From Carcharhinus longimanus (lineage: Eukaryota): DNA of 64,000 nt. The translations under genes and the position numbers were made by a program. The notes below the pieces were generated by a model. The model worked only from the letters and a program-made list of their open reading frames with translations. It searched no databases and was not told the origin of the DNA. Of the stretch, positions 13,425 to 26,469 are shown piece after piece (positions within the stretch are counted from its first letter, which is position 1; each line of letters opens with the position of its first letter). Location: positions 40,391,032 through 40,455,031 of the forward strand of contig JASCQW010000032.1 in the NCBI GenBank assembly GCA_030264375.1, written 5' to 3'.

Positions 13425-13989
13425 CTGCTTTGGGAGGGTTTCGCTTCACTTTCATCCACTCGAAGGTATTGGCTGTGCTGAGTTTCTGTGCTGTGGGAGA
13501 CTCCGACCTATGGTAACCACCCTGACACGTCGACAGGCTCTGATAATGCCCGGGATAAAAGTTTGGGAACTCCTTGCCAAAGGTTTGATTTTGTTCCGGC
13601 TCCCCAAACAGATTGCTGTATTGGTGCTGGCGCGCAGTGAGCGGAAAAGACGCGCTTCCTGAGTAAACAGAGGTGGTGTATGGGATAAGTTCGCCAGTGT
13701 CATCCTGTTCCTGGTTAGCAGCGTAAGGAAAGTCATAACCGACATTGCTCTGAGGTAAGAAGTTAATATCTATGGATGCAGAGGAGTCATCGGGATGTTC
13801 GAGGGTGGCAGGTACCGGCTGATGGAGGTGATGATGACTGGGAGATGGATTACCTACCGATTCATTTGAAACACAGCGACCTTGTCCGGGGCACTGCTGC
13901 AGGGAGACTGCTGGAGAGTTACTGTGACAAAACTTTGGCGAAAAGGTCAGAATGTCTGCACTGGGAATGTATTCTAGGTAAGAGTTCAT
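13425..13989 (-). CDS. HOXD1: Homeobox protein Hox-D1, exon 1
   Basis: MNSYLEY..DILTFSPKFC..YDFPY..TFEWMKVKRNPPK hexapeptide; donor CAG|GTCAGT, phase 1. The SPKFC and FEWM motifs match HOXD1 rather than HOXA1/B1. Confidence 0.92.
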
Positions 13990-14121
13990 TCTTCCAATGA
14001 TGGGCTGGAGCAGAATGGGCTGTTTAGCTGTAGCTGATAGCTGTCTATCCCTGATCACCATAGCAGATCCTTCACTTCCTTCGCAAAGGAAGTAAATATT
14101 CCTAATATAGAGCAAGGAAGT

Positions 14122-14143
14122 CACGTGGTTGTGTCCATCCAAT
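14122..14143 (-). promoter_or_regulatory. HoxD1 proximal E-box + CCAAT module
   Basis: Plus strand CACGTG-N11-CCAAT, ~135 bp upstream of the ATG. Confidence 0.6.
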
Positions 14144-17100
14144 CACTGCAGTCTCAGTCAGCTCTATTCCATGGCGTCCGGAGCTTTTCGCTCAGCCGCC
14201 GAGGGGAGTGGGCGCTGCAATGCTCTCACCGTCTATTAACATCACATCATCAGCACAGTTAGCAGAGGCGTTCGCTAACCTTACTCACACTGCGGACCAT
14301 CCTCCGAAAGCCCGTCCTAAGGTAAGATATCCCTTTCCGTGCTGCAGAATAAGGAGAGGTCTGAGCTGTGTGATGGTGGCGCTGACTGTAAAGGCTCACA
14401 GTCTGCTGTCAGCAGTCTCGGCGATTCTATGATGCAGTGATCATCGAATGAGGCTACAAGGTGACTTAAGTGTTTCCTGGCCTTGACGATCGTCACAGCA
14501 ACAGCAAATCCATAATGGAGAGAGCGCGCGAAAGGATAAAGCAAACGGCTATTTACCTGATTTCTGTAGTTGAATTCACGGCCCTGCTCCTGTCCCTCCC
14601 TCGGTGTAGTGTAGAGTTTATAGAATAACCCAAGTAAACGTCTACTGTAATTACCTTCTCAGAAGTGCTAATTTCTCCGGAAGTAACATTAACCGACAGA
14701 ATAATCATGTCCATAAGGAGTTTCACAACGTGAGATGTTTGTGACATTGTTAAAATTTTGAACTGTTTAGCAAACATGTGAAGTGCGACTGCTTGTCCCG
14801 CGTGCAGGTGATTTTACAAATGTTAGCACTAAGACCTATTCAATGTTGTTAAAACAAGTAGAACACGCGGATAGTCCTCTTGACAGAGTAGAAAGCTTCC
14901 TCGCTCCTCAATCGGCACCCTGTCAATTATCATTAATAGCAAAGAACGTTGTAACATTCCGTAAATGTTTTTAAAGTGATCAACGTTATTAAGCTAACTA
15001 TAACTGAAAAGGCTGAAGTCAAAGGTAAGATATTCCATGTTAACGCCAATGAGTTGTTTCTTTCACTCCCCAGTATTGGCCCTTGCTAATTCTAAATTCG
15101 CTTTCTGCCCTGCTCGTTCTGTGCTATAGGAAATGTTTAAAGTACGTTAAAAATGAATNNNNNNNNAAATGAATTGAAACACAGATCAAATGAAATGTTA
15201 GAAAAATAAGTTCCCAAATTCCACAATCGTTCCGGTAAATCGATAAATCAATTCAAATATTTTGATTTATTTAGTTAATGTGTTACTAAATATTATTTCA
15301 TCGTGGTATACTTCCGTGATAGCAGCCGAGTTAGAGTCATTTATCTGTCAAAACACTCACTGGCGAAACTCTAACTCAGTCAGTTGATCTGTTTGAGTAA
15401 AGCACGTGAAGACTTGCTCTTTTTAATCGCCAGGGGCAGTGTGCAGTCTAATTCAAATGAGCAGCTTGTTAGGTGCCGTGTCATTACCTCGTGCATATGT
15501 TAAAACATAGCATTAGAGTAGTTTGAAATAAATTTATTCAATCATAGAACGGATTGAAAATATATATTCTGTATGTAGTATTCGAAATCTAAAATCTATA
15601 TCTACAACACAGTATGCCTGTTCTTTCGATGTTTGATTATCACTTTCGGCGTTTCTAATCGAAATCCTGCTGCTCCAGTTCGATTTTTAAGTGGGCATCA
15701 ACCGAGCTTGCACCCTCTCTCTTGTGTTCCCTTGCAATTGAATCTTGAGTAATAATGTTTGTGTTGCTGCTCTCCTGCTCGAGTCAAAGGTACATCTTAT
15801 CAAAGCCCTTCTCATCCATTTTGCGGTCAGCATGCTGAATCTGATCGTGAAAAGCCGTGTTATGTATAATGCAGAAGGAAGTGAGTTTGCGGGCTTTGAA
15901 AGCATACACTGGGTTTGCAAATGGCTAAAATTTCCGCATAGCTAATTCAACACTGCATCCCGCCTTCTCATTTGCATTGCCGTTGTCTTTGGGTGTTTTG
16001 CTAACATATCTTTGCAGTTTTACTTTGAAGGATATATGCAGCATTATAAGTATAAATCTCTCTTTTCCTAATAAGGTGTTAACAGCAGTATGTGATGAAT
16101 ATATTGGGCATTATTCAAATTAAATATTTTAAAAATCCCAATATTTAGGCCTTTTCGTTGTGTTTCTCAAAAGCAGATTTTTTTTAAAAAGTGCAGAACT
16201 TTGTTTCTAACTATTTAGCGTTTACTTTTCTCCATTGAAATCGGACGCTGATCATTGGTGGGCGTATAATTGAGCGCTCGACTGGAACAGTCATCCACAG
16301 CAAGTTCACTTACGTTGCTATCGCACTCAAAATATAGGTCTGTGCAGGGAGTAAAAAAAAGTGCTCAAAGTTGAGATGGTCATTTCCGAACATGTGCATG
16401 CTTGAACAAACGTGCTGCAATTCTTAATCGGAAAGATCGAATATTTTTTCCAATTATCATTGTTGTTTGCTGACGTGGAATTTAGAAATATAAAATCAAT
16501 TCATTCCGAGTTCCAAAGTTTCTTCTGAGGTTCACATGTTCCATATCAAAATAATAAAGGAAGTTAATTGGAATGTTGCTTTCTTTTGACAGCTACAGAC
16601 AATACTTCTTTGCAATCTTGACTAATTACTTAAATGAACGCAGGCAGTTATGTGAATGCGTGTTTAATTTTCAGCGCACTTAAGTATAGTTTTGTAAAGA
16701 GTGAATGGTGGCAGACCCACATATTTACTTCTCTAAACACTTAACTATTCTTTATAAAAAGCAGTTCGACCAATCTATTTCTGGAGTTCCTCTAGTTGCA
16801 TCTAGTTGCCACCAATTCTGCAACTAGATCAGCTGATTTAGACAGCTTGGCGGCGGGGGTGGGGGCGAGGCGGCAATAACTGAAGAATGCACTGTCAGTT
16901 GGAGACAGGCTTGCAGAAGGTGCGGATTCACTGCAGTAGCGTGTGAAAATATTCCCAAATCTGTGTGAGCTTCTGGATTTGAAAGAGACGGCATTTTCCT
17001 CATATTCACAATCAAAACTTATCTGTTTACTTCGTGTTAGACCGCCACGAGTCTGGAGCAAAAAGGGATAGAGACATCCTGGCAATAGGCGACTAATGAT

Positions 17101-20100
17101 TCGGGTCTAGTAAACATCAGGATTATTCTGTTACTTGGAATTGCGTTTTGCAATAACCAATTTTATACGCTTCTATGATTAAACCCTCAATTTTCGCGAG
17201 GTTAGTTTTTATCTTAAGCCTGTAGCGTATAAGAATGTACGTGTGAGTGTGGGGGAGGGGTGGGGTTGTGGTGGTGATGATGTTGATGGTGGTGCACTTC
17301 GATCTCTAGAGATAAAAGGGGCGGTCTCGAAATTAAATAGCCAGGCAAGTAGCAGGGTTGCTTTGCATTTTGCAACTTGTCAGGAATCCCAGGATTGTCG
17401 TTGAACTAACTTCTCTATCGCTTGATTTTTGTGGGAACTGCGGTTAACCATTCTAAATTTGCAAATAAGGCTGCACCTTAAGGCATCAAGTGTGGGTTAC
17501 ATTCCAAGAATGACAGCCATTGCACTAGACCTACCGTGCTAGCAAGTATATTAGCTCTCCATTAACTGTTCTGTGAATTGACAAGAGGAAATATGGAGTT
17601 GTAAATAAAATATAATGTACGGGGTTTTATACATTAGGGATTCCTATGAAAACACATCTATTAGTGACATGTTTTAGAAGGTTAACGTAAGTGACCCAAT
17701 ACCACAAATGCAGTCATACATGACAATAATTTAAGCACACATAGCATACTCAGCTGAGCCAAGATTTCTGGTGCCCTTGAAACGTTTTACCCTCTTTAAC
17801 GAGCAGTAACGAGGGATCGCAGTTAGACGCCAGATTTCTCGAAGGTTAGTCATACAGGAGGTTTCGTCTGTGGTGTGATTAGACTGGCGTGTGATTCGCT
17901 TTTGCATTTGTCCGCTTTGGCAGCGGTTGCTGGAGGGATCCCAGCTGGCCCGGGCTTGCTTTAAAGGAGGAGGAACTGCTGTCGAGGGAAAAGTGCAGAT
18001 TTCATGATTGATGAACTCTTAACAATACCCCACTGACAGCTATGCATCGAGACAGAGCTGCAAGTCTTTCAGCAGAACTCCTTATGTGTTTGTGCGTTGT
18101 TTCAAATTCCAAATTAGCCTTCCTTTTTATTTACAATTGCACGTTTAGAGCCATTATTTTTGCAGAACAAACGGAAATATTAGCTGTAAATATAGCAGAC
18201 AGTTGCCCAACATAAAAATGAAATATAATGACTGATTTTGCCGTCACGTGATCCTTTCCTCACGGGTTCGTGGAGAATTGCTGTTTATTATTGGAAACAT
18301 GAAAAAACAAAACTCGCCCTATTTTAGGGCGGGATGCTTCATTTTTTTTGGAAAACGTACAATGTGTTGTACTGTTAGTGGAAGCATAAACTTCATAATT
18401 TATGCAGGGTCAAAATGTCACTTGTTACTGCGATTGAGTTTTGCTGGCATGAGCTCACTAGAGTGGAACCATCACACAACACATTCATGAAGAAAAAACT
18501 AAATGAGCTTATAACTAATTAGACCGGCCTTAGTATGTAGAGGGAACGCTGTATGAAGTCCAACTACTATAGATATGTCTACAGAAAAGTTTTCATCCCA
18601 TCTGAAAGTGAAATTCGGAATTACTTGCAGAGGTTTAGCAATTTGACCTGCACTCATAGTTCTAAAGGTACATAATGACCGAATATTCGGAACTAACTGA
18701 ATTTACGACCTTCTTGTAAATGTCAGAATCTAATCACCACATTCCCTTTGGAACTTTAATATAATGACAGTTGATACTACAATTTGAAAACGACCTACCA
18801 TTGTTCATTAAACGCATGGCCGTGTCTCACTTGAATAAAGCAGACACTTTAGTTTAGAATGTGCACACACTTTTTTTTCTGGAAATTAAATACACGAAAG
18901 TAAGAATGTCAAAAAATTAAATATTTATTGGACATTACAAATGTGGACGGTGGGCGTTTAGAAGCACATCCTCCTTGTCTGAGACAGCCTACCTGGTTTG
19001 TTAACAAACATTGCGTGGGTTGGTTCAGGATTCAGAAGCGGCTTATTTTTCTAAGTAGTGCGCTATTCTTTGCCCTACTGACGCTGCAGGAAGACTTTTG
19101 GAAAGCACGTGTGTTCCCCCTTCTGAAACAGAAAGATAAATTGCCCCTTGCCTTCGAAGTAACTGGTGAATTTCTAGCTTATATTGTGATGCATGTTGTT
19201 TCTCCTCAATAGCATGCTCAATAGATTTAATCGCTGAAGTTGATAGATACTACGAGTATATGTTTTTAAAAATACAGAAACTTTTAGATTAAATTTCTGG
19301 CAATTGTTCAACAGGACAGATCTTATTCAGCAATTACTTATTACATGGGACTATATCCCCTTGCTACATTAATTCTTTACTCATTCAGATTGTTTTGGGT
19401 GGAGAAATGCTTGTTATTTTTAAATATCAATATGACTCCCACCAGCATCACTGCTGTACATGTTTTAAATATATTTAGGCAAGTTGGATGTGCGTTATTT
19501 GACGGAGAATTTTACACAGACATCCTACCTAAAGGTAATGGAGTAGTGTTGGGTCTTAACCATATTCGTTTTTAAAGCCACAAAATGGTGATAAACTATT
19601 GTGAACCTCTGAGTAAAATCCAAAGGGGAATGAAATCCTAAACAACATGTTTCAATCGACTATCATTTCTTTATCTTCTACAATTTCTGATTTGGTTATG
19701 ATATTGCATCTTCCTGGTTGGAATGCTAGAAGTTCAGTGTCGAGATCTTGTCTATTCCGCCTCTCCTAAATAGGATATCAATGCATTAATTTATTCAGCT
19801 CCCACATTTGATCCCGTCGAACAAAATGGCGTCTTTCATAGGTTGAAACCCCAGCCGGACTATGGCAGCCATCGGTAGCTTATTGTTAGCATCGGTTTTT
19901 TTTGTAATTCTGTAGTAACTGAGTTTGTGAATAAATATCAGCCCAGTTAGCTTCCCTTTCGGTTTTCATAGCAGCTCAATAAATATGTGAAGTGACCTTT
20001 GTATTTAAATTTGAATTGGGGTCCATGCTGTGACTTGAGGAATCTAACTCAACAGAACTATATTTTCTTAAAGCATTAAACATTTTAAGGGAGAAACCAC

Positions 20101-20709
20101 GGAAAATTGTCCATAACCTATTAGCCATGTATTTTCCATAGCAACCAATATTTCGCCTACAAATAACTACATTTTAAACGTAGGCAATTGGTTTTATTCA
20201 GTCACAGCACTGTTATTACTTACCTCGTTTGGTTGCTGATTACATTTTTGTCTTATTTTCTAGGATTATCGCTGATTGGAACTTTGGACTAAGGCAGTTC
20301 GACTATTAAACTGAGAGAAATCAGCAGTGTCGGGATAGACATATTCACCTCCAATATATTCTATTCACCTCTTGCATATTTTCATGTTAATTCTTTTTTA
20401 TTCAAAGCTATTATATAAATTGTATTTTAAAGATATGTATTTAGTTTTTGAAAATCTGCAGATATTTGAAATATTCACCTTATTTAAAATAAAATACTGA
20501 AAATACTTTTATTTCTTGCGCTACATTAAATTTGTTCAGAATTTGTTTCCTTTGATTGGTGACATAATGCAGACATGAGCAGGAGATCCATAACATCTGG
20601 GATCAAGAAGCTTGTGCTAAATGGCACGACCTTCCAGCCTGTTAATGCGGGTATTAGAAATATTAAGGAAATCAAGAATTCGGTATGTGTGCGTGAACTG
20701 GAAGTCGGT

Positions 20710-21458
20710 CTAAAACTGCAACTGCTGAAAATCGGTGGAGCTAAAATTGTCACTTAGAAAGTCAAACACGTTGGATGGAATAACTAATGTGTCCTCGTTT
20801 TCCAACAAAGAAAATTGAGGTAACTCTTCTATCAGATCTAGATGTGGTTCAATTGTAATTTTGTCTAAATCCTCCAAAGATGGGATGCTGAAACTCTCTG
20901 GACTGCCAGGACTTGTTCCAGCTGAGCAGTTTTTCAGCATAGGCATCAGGGAGTCAGTTTCATCTGAGTTCTGGGGAAAGTAGTGGCTGCGAGTCCCCTC
21001 AGTGCAGATCAGAGAAGTGCCAATAACACTGAACAGGTCGCTGCTGATATCACTCAACATATCTTGATGAGCAGAATCGCTCACCTCTCGCTCAGCAATC
21101 TTTTCGCTCTCTAGTGAATCCAAAGTTTTATTTACAGGTGTCTCAGCAAAACTTCTTGTGGAAATTCCACTCTGATTAGCGCTGTTAACAAATTGGCGCT
21201 TTGAATCAGCGTTTTGGCTTTGTTTGAATCGAGTTTGTCTTTTGTGCTTCATGCGCCTGTTCTGAAACCAGACTTTGACTTGCCTTTCTGTTAAATCGAG
21301 CAGAGCCGCGATTTCTACCCTCCGAGGTCTGCAGAGGTAACGATTGTAATGAAACTCCTTTTCCAGCTCCAACAGCTGAGTGTTTGTGTAAGTGGTTCGT
21401 AGTCTCCTGGAGCTGTCAAAAGGACTCCCGTTGTCCGGTTCATTAAGCTCTTCATTCT
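20710..21458 (-). CDS. HOXD2: Homeobox protein Hox-D2, exon 2 (homeodomain); gene span 20710-22193, 364 aa
   Basis: Acceptor TTTTCCCTCTTTACAACAG|AG; [60 protein letters not shown] (group 2); C-terminus [17 protein letters not shown] resembles Hox2 termini; lies between HoxD1 and HoxD3. Confidence 0.92.
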
Positions 21459-21847
21459 CTGTTGTAAAGAGGGAAAAGTTTGGATAAGTTATCACAAATC
21501 TTTCCAAATATAATCCAGCAACATAAAATGGCCGCCTCGGAGACACAAAAGGCTTCCAGCAGAAAATGGCCCAGCAGAGCAACAGAAAGATAATCCAGCT
21601 GTCTGCGGTTGGGTTGTGTGCAGGTTACTGATACCTACAGATTACGAGGAGTGTCCTAGACTTTAGTAGTCACTATTTACATTTTGGATATTGTTGGGAT
21701 GTGAGCATTTTGCAGGTCTGACAGCTTTCAATCTATGGAACATGTTATTGCTTCAAAATTGAATCCCTTAAGAAAATACTCTCTGCACACTGTATATGAC
21801 ATACACAAAAAAAAACTAATAGTAAAGGAAAATATTATTGACCTGAC

Positions 21848-22193
21848 CTTCGTTAGAAGAACAAGATGAGAATGATCCCGTCGCTGGCACATTTTTTTTC
21901 TTGTGGCTTTTCTTTTCTCTCATCCACGGATATTCCAGAGGTTTGTCCCCTAACGTGGCCCGACCAATGCCTTTTGAAGTGTGGGTTTTCCCATTTTGGT
22001 TTGTGTTACCATGGTCCAAGCTGCCGAAGCTCTGCTCAAAAGGAGGAGGAATCAGTGTCGAATGTGAAAGCGTCGAGTTCTTGATTGATGAACTTTGAAA
22101 TGTCTCGCCAACAGGAGGAAAGGATGTCAGGCACTCGGCAAGCGATGGCTCACTATTGATAAAACCAACCTCTCTCTCAAACTCGTTGTTCAT
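21848..22193 (-). CDS. HOXD2: Homeobox protein Hox-D2, exon 1
   Basis: MNNEFEREVGFINSEPSLAECLTSFPPVGETFQSSSIKNSTLSHSTLIPPPFEQ (diagnostic Hox2 N-terminus) and EYPWMREKK; donor AAG|GTCAGG, phase 1, matching exon 2. Confidence 0.92.
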
Positions 22194-22357
22194 TTCTGCC
22201 CGGGCAGAATCGTTTAGAAAATTGCCTATTTGATAGTTACCTTGAAAATATATATTTATAAAATGTACTGATTACAAACGCTAAGGGACTGTGCTATTAT
22301 TAAACTATGTCTATTGAATACACAGACACGACGTTGAGATGAGGCTGATTTTATCGT

Positions 22358-22378
22358 CACATGATCGCCTTAACCAAT
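22358..22378 (-). promoter_or_regulatory. HoxD2 proximal E-box + CCAAT module
   Basis: Plus strand CACATG-N10-CCAAT, ~165 bp upstream of the ATG. Confidence 0.6.
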
Positions 22379-23305
22379 GACAAGAGTGGAAAATAAGACT
22401 GGCTTTCTGAATGATTCAGAAATAAAATATATGAAGGTGTAGGTAGCGTTTTCCTGCCTTCTCCAGGCCATGTTATTATGTAAGGCAGTGCAGTCATTCC
22501 TAGAAAGTAGAAAATGTACAGTAAGTACTATTACAAAACATCCTGCATATCATAGTGGGTGGTTGTTTTGCTGAGAAGAAAAGAACACTCAAGTCTAGGT
22601 TTCTGCCTACAAATGTGTAGCGTGGAGTAATAAGCGACAAATCAATTAATCTTCGGAACTGTGACAATCATCGCAAGGCTCTTCAGTGTAGAAGAATGAA
22701 CACAAGCTGTGGCTAAAGCAGCACCCTGGACAGTAGGAGCTGGCGGTGAGGCCCAATGCCAAATAGGACAGGATCATTTGCAGACACTTACTGCATTTCA
22801 CCAGGAATATAAACAGATACTGTAAACACTTTCAACCCTCGCCCTCCTAAGGCTACCAGAAATAGTTTGAAAATGTACAATTTATTCGATATCTTTACAC
22901 TCTGAACGAGTATAATCTAACTTTCTCCAAATGGATTAGCGCACCCTGCATACAAATGATTCTTTGTTCATATGTTGTTTCTTGATCTCATAAGCACCCA
23001 TAAGCCAATTACTTAAATATTTCTGAAGGAACGTTTCGCGGATTTTCCTTGATTGCAGATTTGTGAGTTATGAACTTTATACACTACGTAGCAGCGTTTG
23101 TAAGCCATTTGACATTTAAACCACGAAGGCTGCGCTCTCTATAATTTGTTATTGCCAAATTAGCTATCACAATATTTGCTAATATTTCTTCTGCTCACAA
23201 ATATACAGAAATGCTTGAGAATAAAAAAAGGGTCAAAGCGAGTCGTTGCATTACTTTTTTAAAAATCTCCTTAGCTGGTGCTTGGTTTCTATCAAATTGT
23301 TGTGT

Positions 23306-23373
23306 GAGTGGGTGCTTTTTCTCCTCCTGTCTGCATGGAAAGACAATATTTTGCATTCTTTGACGTGTGGGTG
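23306..23373. promoter_or_regulatory. Candidate Krox20/Egr2 sites with adjacent HMG-box-like site upstream of HoxD2
   Basis: GAGTGGGTG (23306-23314) and GTGTGGGTG (23365-23373), the latter abutting CTTTGAC; same location as the Hoxa2/Hoxb2 r3/r5 enhancers. Confidence 0.45.
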
Positions 23374-25327
23374 GTGTACTAACAAAACAAGGCTGAGGAT
23401 GTCTTTACGGCGTTGGCGTTAATAATGGGCACGTTTAAAATGACACGCCGAGGAGCTGTGTGTAGTGCATAAGAACTATACTGCATTCATATTTAACACA
23501 TCCTTATCCTCAGATATTTTAAGATAAAGTAAAGCAAAGAAGTTTGCTCCGAAGGAGAACATTTTAAGTGCTGCACAACTTCTAAAATCATCCACATAAG
23601 GTTTGTTAGATTGTTGTCTTCGTCACACTGTTGGTGTTTTCAGATGTTCACATCCTATTTTCTTTTTTTTCATTTAAAATAAAGACATTATTTTTCGACG
23701 GACGGTGATATCTTTGTTGCCAGAAGGCTTTGATCGCTCTTGCTTTATTTGTCAAACAAAATGGCGCCGCATGTGTCGGTGCTGCGGGCTGCTGCTGTGG
23801 AGAGGCAGCAGCTAGTGTCTGGGATCAGCTTCCATTCTCCCAGGCACCTAATACTGGGGCATCCCGAACACCGTTTGCTGCATAATAATATTGAAGTCTT
23901 CCTAAGATAACGGTAATAGATTGAGGCTCTTTTAAATATATTCCTATATTTTTCAGATAACATCTGTGGAAATCTTTACTAAATCCCTTTATTTGGATTG
24001 ATTTGCTCTCTGTATATTTTGAAAAATCAAGCGGTTAACTTTTTCCTGAAATATGCATTAATAAAATTGTGACATAGGCCAGGGCTGCAAAGTGTTTAGG
24101 CAAATCAAAGCAAGTAGTAACTACCAAGTTTAGGTAAAGTAACGAAAACGTCTATGCTTGAATTTTATTTTTGTCTTGCTTTATTTATCTTATGCTATCT
24201 GGCCACATTCCTTCTCGACCTAACCCCCACCCCCTCTTTCCCTTTGTTTCCTTCTTGTTATTTTGTGTGCCTGCCAGACACTTTAAAATTTCACGTGTTA
24301 TTGCTGAACAAAATACAAAATCGTGGCAATGATTTTTCATGTTAATTTAGAATTCCATTGAAACATGCAACATATCGTTCTGCAAATGCCCAGTTTAACC
24401 CGAAAGCAGCTCGGCTGAACATCTCCACTGTATGGCTGCAGTCAGCTTGTCTTGCATTAATGAGAAGTGAGGAAACAAGATGGCGAAGCATAAAACCGAT
24501 ATGCTGCATATGTATTTATAAATAAAGGCTACAGGTTTGTTCAAAGAACACATTTTTATTCTAAATATCTGTTGGAATAGTACCAGACAATTGAAATAAA
24601 GTATTCTTATAGAAATGTGTCGTCTATTGTGTAGTGTCACATTTTCTCCGATTTACTACAGTCATAACTTACAATTTGCTTTCAGAAATAACCCTTACAT
24701 AATCTACAAACACCAGCCACTGATACAACTGCTCAAAAACTATCCTCTCATCTAGTTTAAACCCAGGTTTACTAAAGAGGAAAATATGATTGTAACAGAC
24801 ATGGTTCAAACAGGTTAAAGTCAGATTGTAGAAGATCTATAAATCTCACATAAATACATTAAGACGAGGATAAATAAGTGATAGAAAAATCTTTTTTCTT
24901 TTCGACTTAAAATAATAAATACATATCGTTGATGTTCAATTCAGTTCGTTCATTATTGAAAAGTACAGAGCTGAAGTTCTGGGCAGTAAGACCAGTTACG
25001 GACAGAATCCCAACAAAGTGGAGTGTGTAGAATCTCTGGTCTCTAAATTCCACATTAAGAAGGGTTTGCTGAAAACTGGCCACATGTGTCTTACCTTCCA
25101 AAGCACCTATCTCAAGCAATTGTTCCTCTATTTGCATTCTGCGTTACGCTAGGATCTTACGGAAAGGGCTGATTTGTAGACCCTTAAATGAACACAGAAA
25201 AGCAATGCAACAGGTAGAAAATGAATGGTGGACAAATACTGCGGCAGTCTCATAGCAGGAGATTATTTGATACAAATGAGGTAATAAAAAAGCGATGTGA
25301 TATCGCTTGGCAAGCCGTGCTAGTCCG

Positions 25328-26076
25328 TTACAGATGTGTTAATTTGGGCGCTTCTTGAATTCTTCCCTGAGATGTGTGATGAGGAGTCAGGTCTGTATAT
25401 GTAGGATGGGGATCACAAGGTCCATGATGGTGATTGCCTGGTATTTGAGCAGCGCAGCTATAGTCCACAGTGGCTGATGAAGGATGAGGAAGATGACTAA
25501 GGTTAAACATCGGACCAGAAGCTGGCATTGAATCAACAAAGTTCCCTCCAACATACACAGGGCTGCCCTGCAAGTTGTGATTGGTAAAACTACTATTGCC
25601 CTGCATAGTGTGATGGTCGTACTCTGTGCCCGGGTACCTTTTCTGCTGGGGTAGACAGCTGTTATGTGGTGCAGTGTAAGCAGCTAAGCCGTACATACTT
25701 TGCTGGGATTTTGTGTAAGATGTTGGTGAAGGAGCCTCGTAACTCAGACTGTTGACAGTGGGGAGCTGGCTTGAGAATCCAATGTTACTTGGCGCGGTCA
25801 AAAGCGGACTTCTGTCTGGAGAATGTCCAACAGGGGAGTGCATGATCCCTTTGGACTTTTGATCCTTTTTATATTTCATTCTTCTGTTCTGGAACCAGAT
25901 CTTTATCTGGCGTTCGGTTAGGTTTAATAAATTGGCCATCTCAACTCGCCGAGGACGGCACAAATAACGATTAAAGTGAAATTCCTTTTCCAGTTCGACC
26001 AGCTGTGCGCTGGTGTAGGCTGTACGGACTCTCTTGGAAGATGGACCGGGTGGGCTTTTATCCTCACAATTGTCAC
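25328..26076 (-). CDS. HOXD3: Homeobox protein Hox-D3, exon 2 (homeodomain); gene span 25328-28048, 410 aa
   Basis: Acceptor TTTTATTTTGCAG|GT; [65 protein letters not shown] and the C-terminal [35 protein letters not shown] are HOXD3-type. Confidence 0.96.
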
Positions 26077-26329
26077 CTGCAAAATAAAAACATTATATTG
26101 GTTCCATACATAAATGTGTAACCCAGCACGCCCAGCTTAGAAACCCCGGCGCGTCATAACCCACACACTGATCTAGGAAAATAACTATGAACCGAGTTTT
26201 TAACCATTTCATCCACCGCTTCCCAAACTCCAACCTAATGCAATGGCCAAACTTAACCATCTGAAGGATAATATTTTGATGCCATACAAAAGTGGGTTAA
26301 TAGTTGCTTTAAAATTAAAGTAAACCTTT

Positions 26330-26447
26330 GGGGGACTAGCAGGGTAAATACTTGGCGTTTCGGGGGGTAGGGCCTGGGTGGGATTGTTGTTGGTGCAGGC
26401 TCGATGGACCGAATGGCCTCATTCTGCACTGCAGGGATTCTATGATT
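26330..26447 (+). mobile_element. HE1-like SINE / CR1-derived 3' tail inside the HoxD3 intron
   Basis: GGGCCTGGGTGGGATTGTTGTTGGTGCAGGCTCGATGGACCGAATGGCCTCATTCTGCACTGCAGGGATTCTATGATT is the typical shark SINE/CR1 3' terminus (recalled). Confidence 0.7.
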
Positions 26448-26469
26448 TGACGTCTTATGTAAATTGTTC

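Noticed and set aside
13393-14142. 249-aa ORF as a complete HoxD1 protein
   Set aside because: It starts at a non-ATG codon inside the CCAAT box and reads through the splice donor; the real CDS is spliced.
20710-21582. 290-aa ORF N-terminus (MLCWAIFCW..)
   Set aside because: Intron read-through upstream of the acceptor at 21458.
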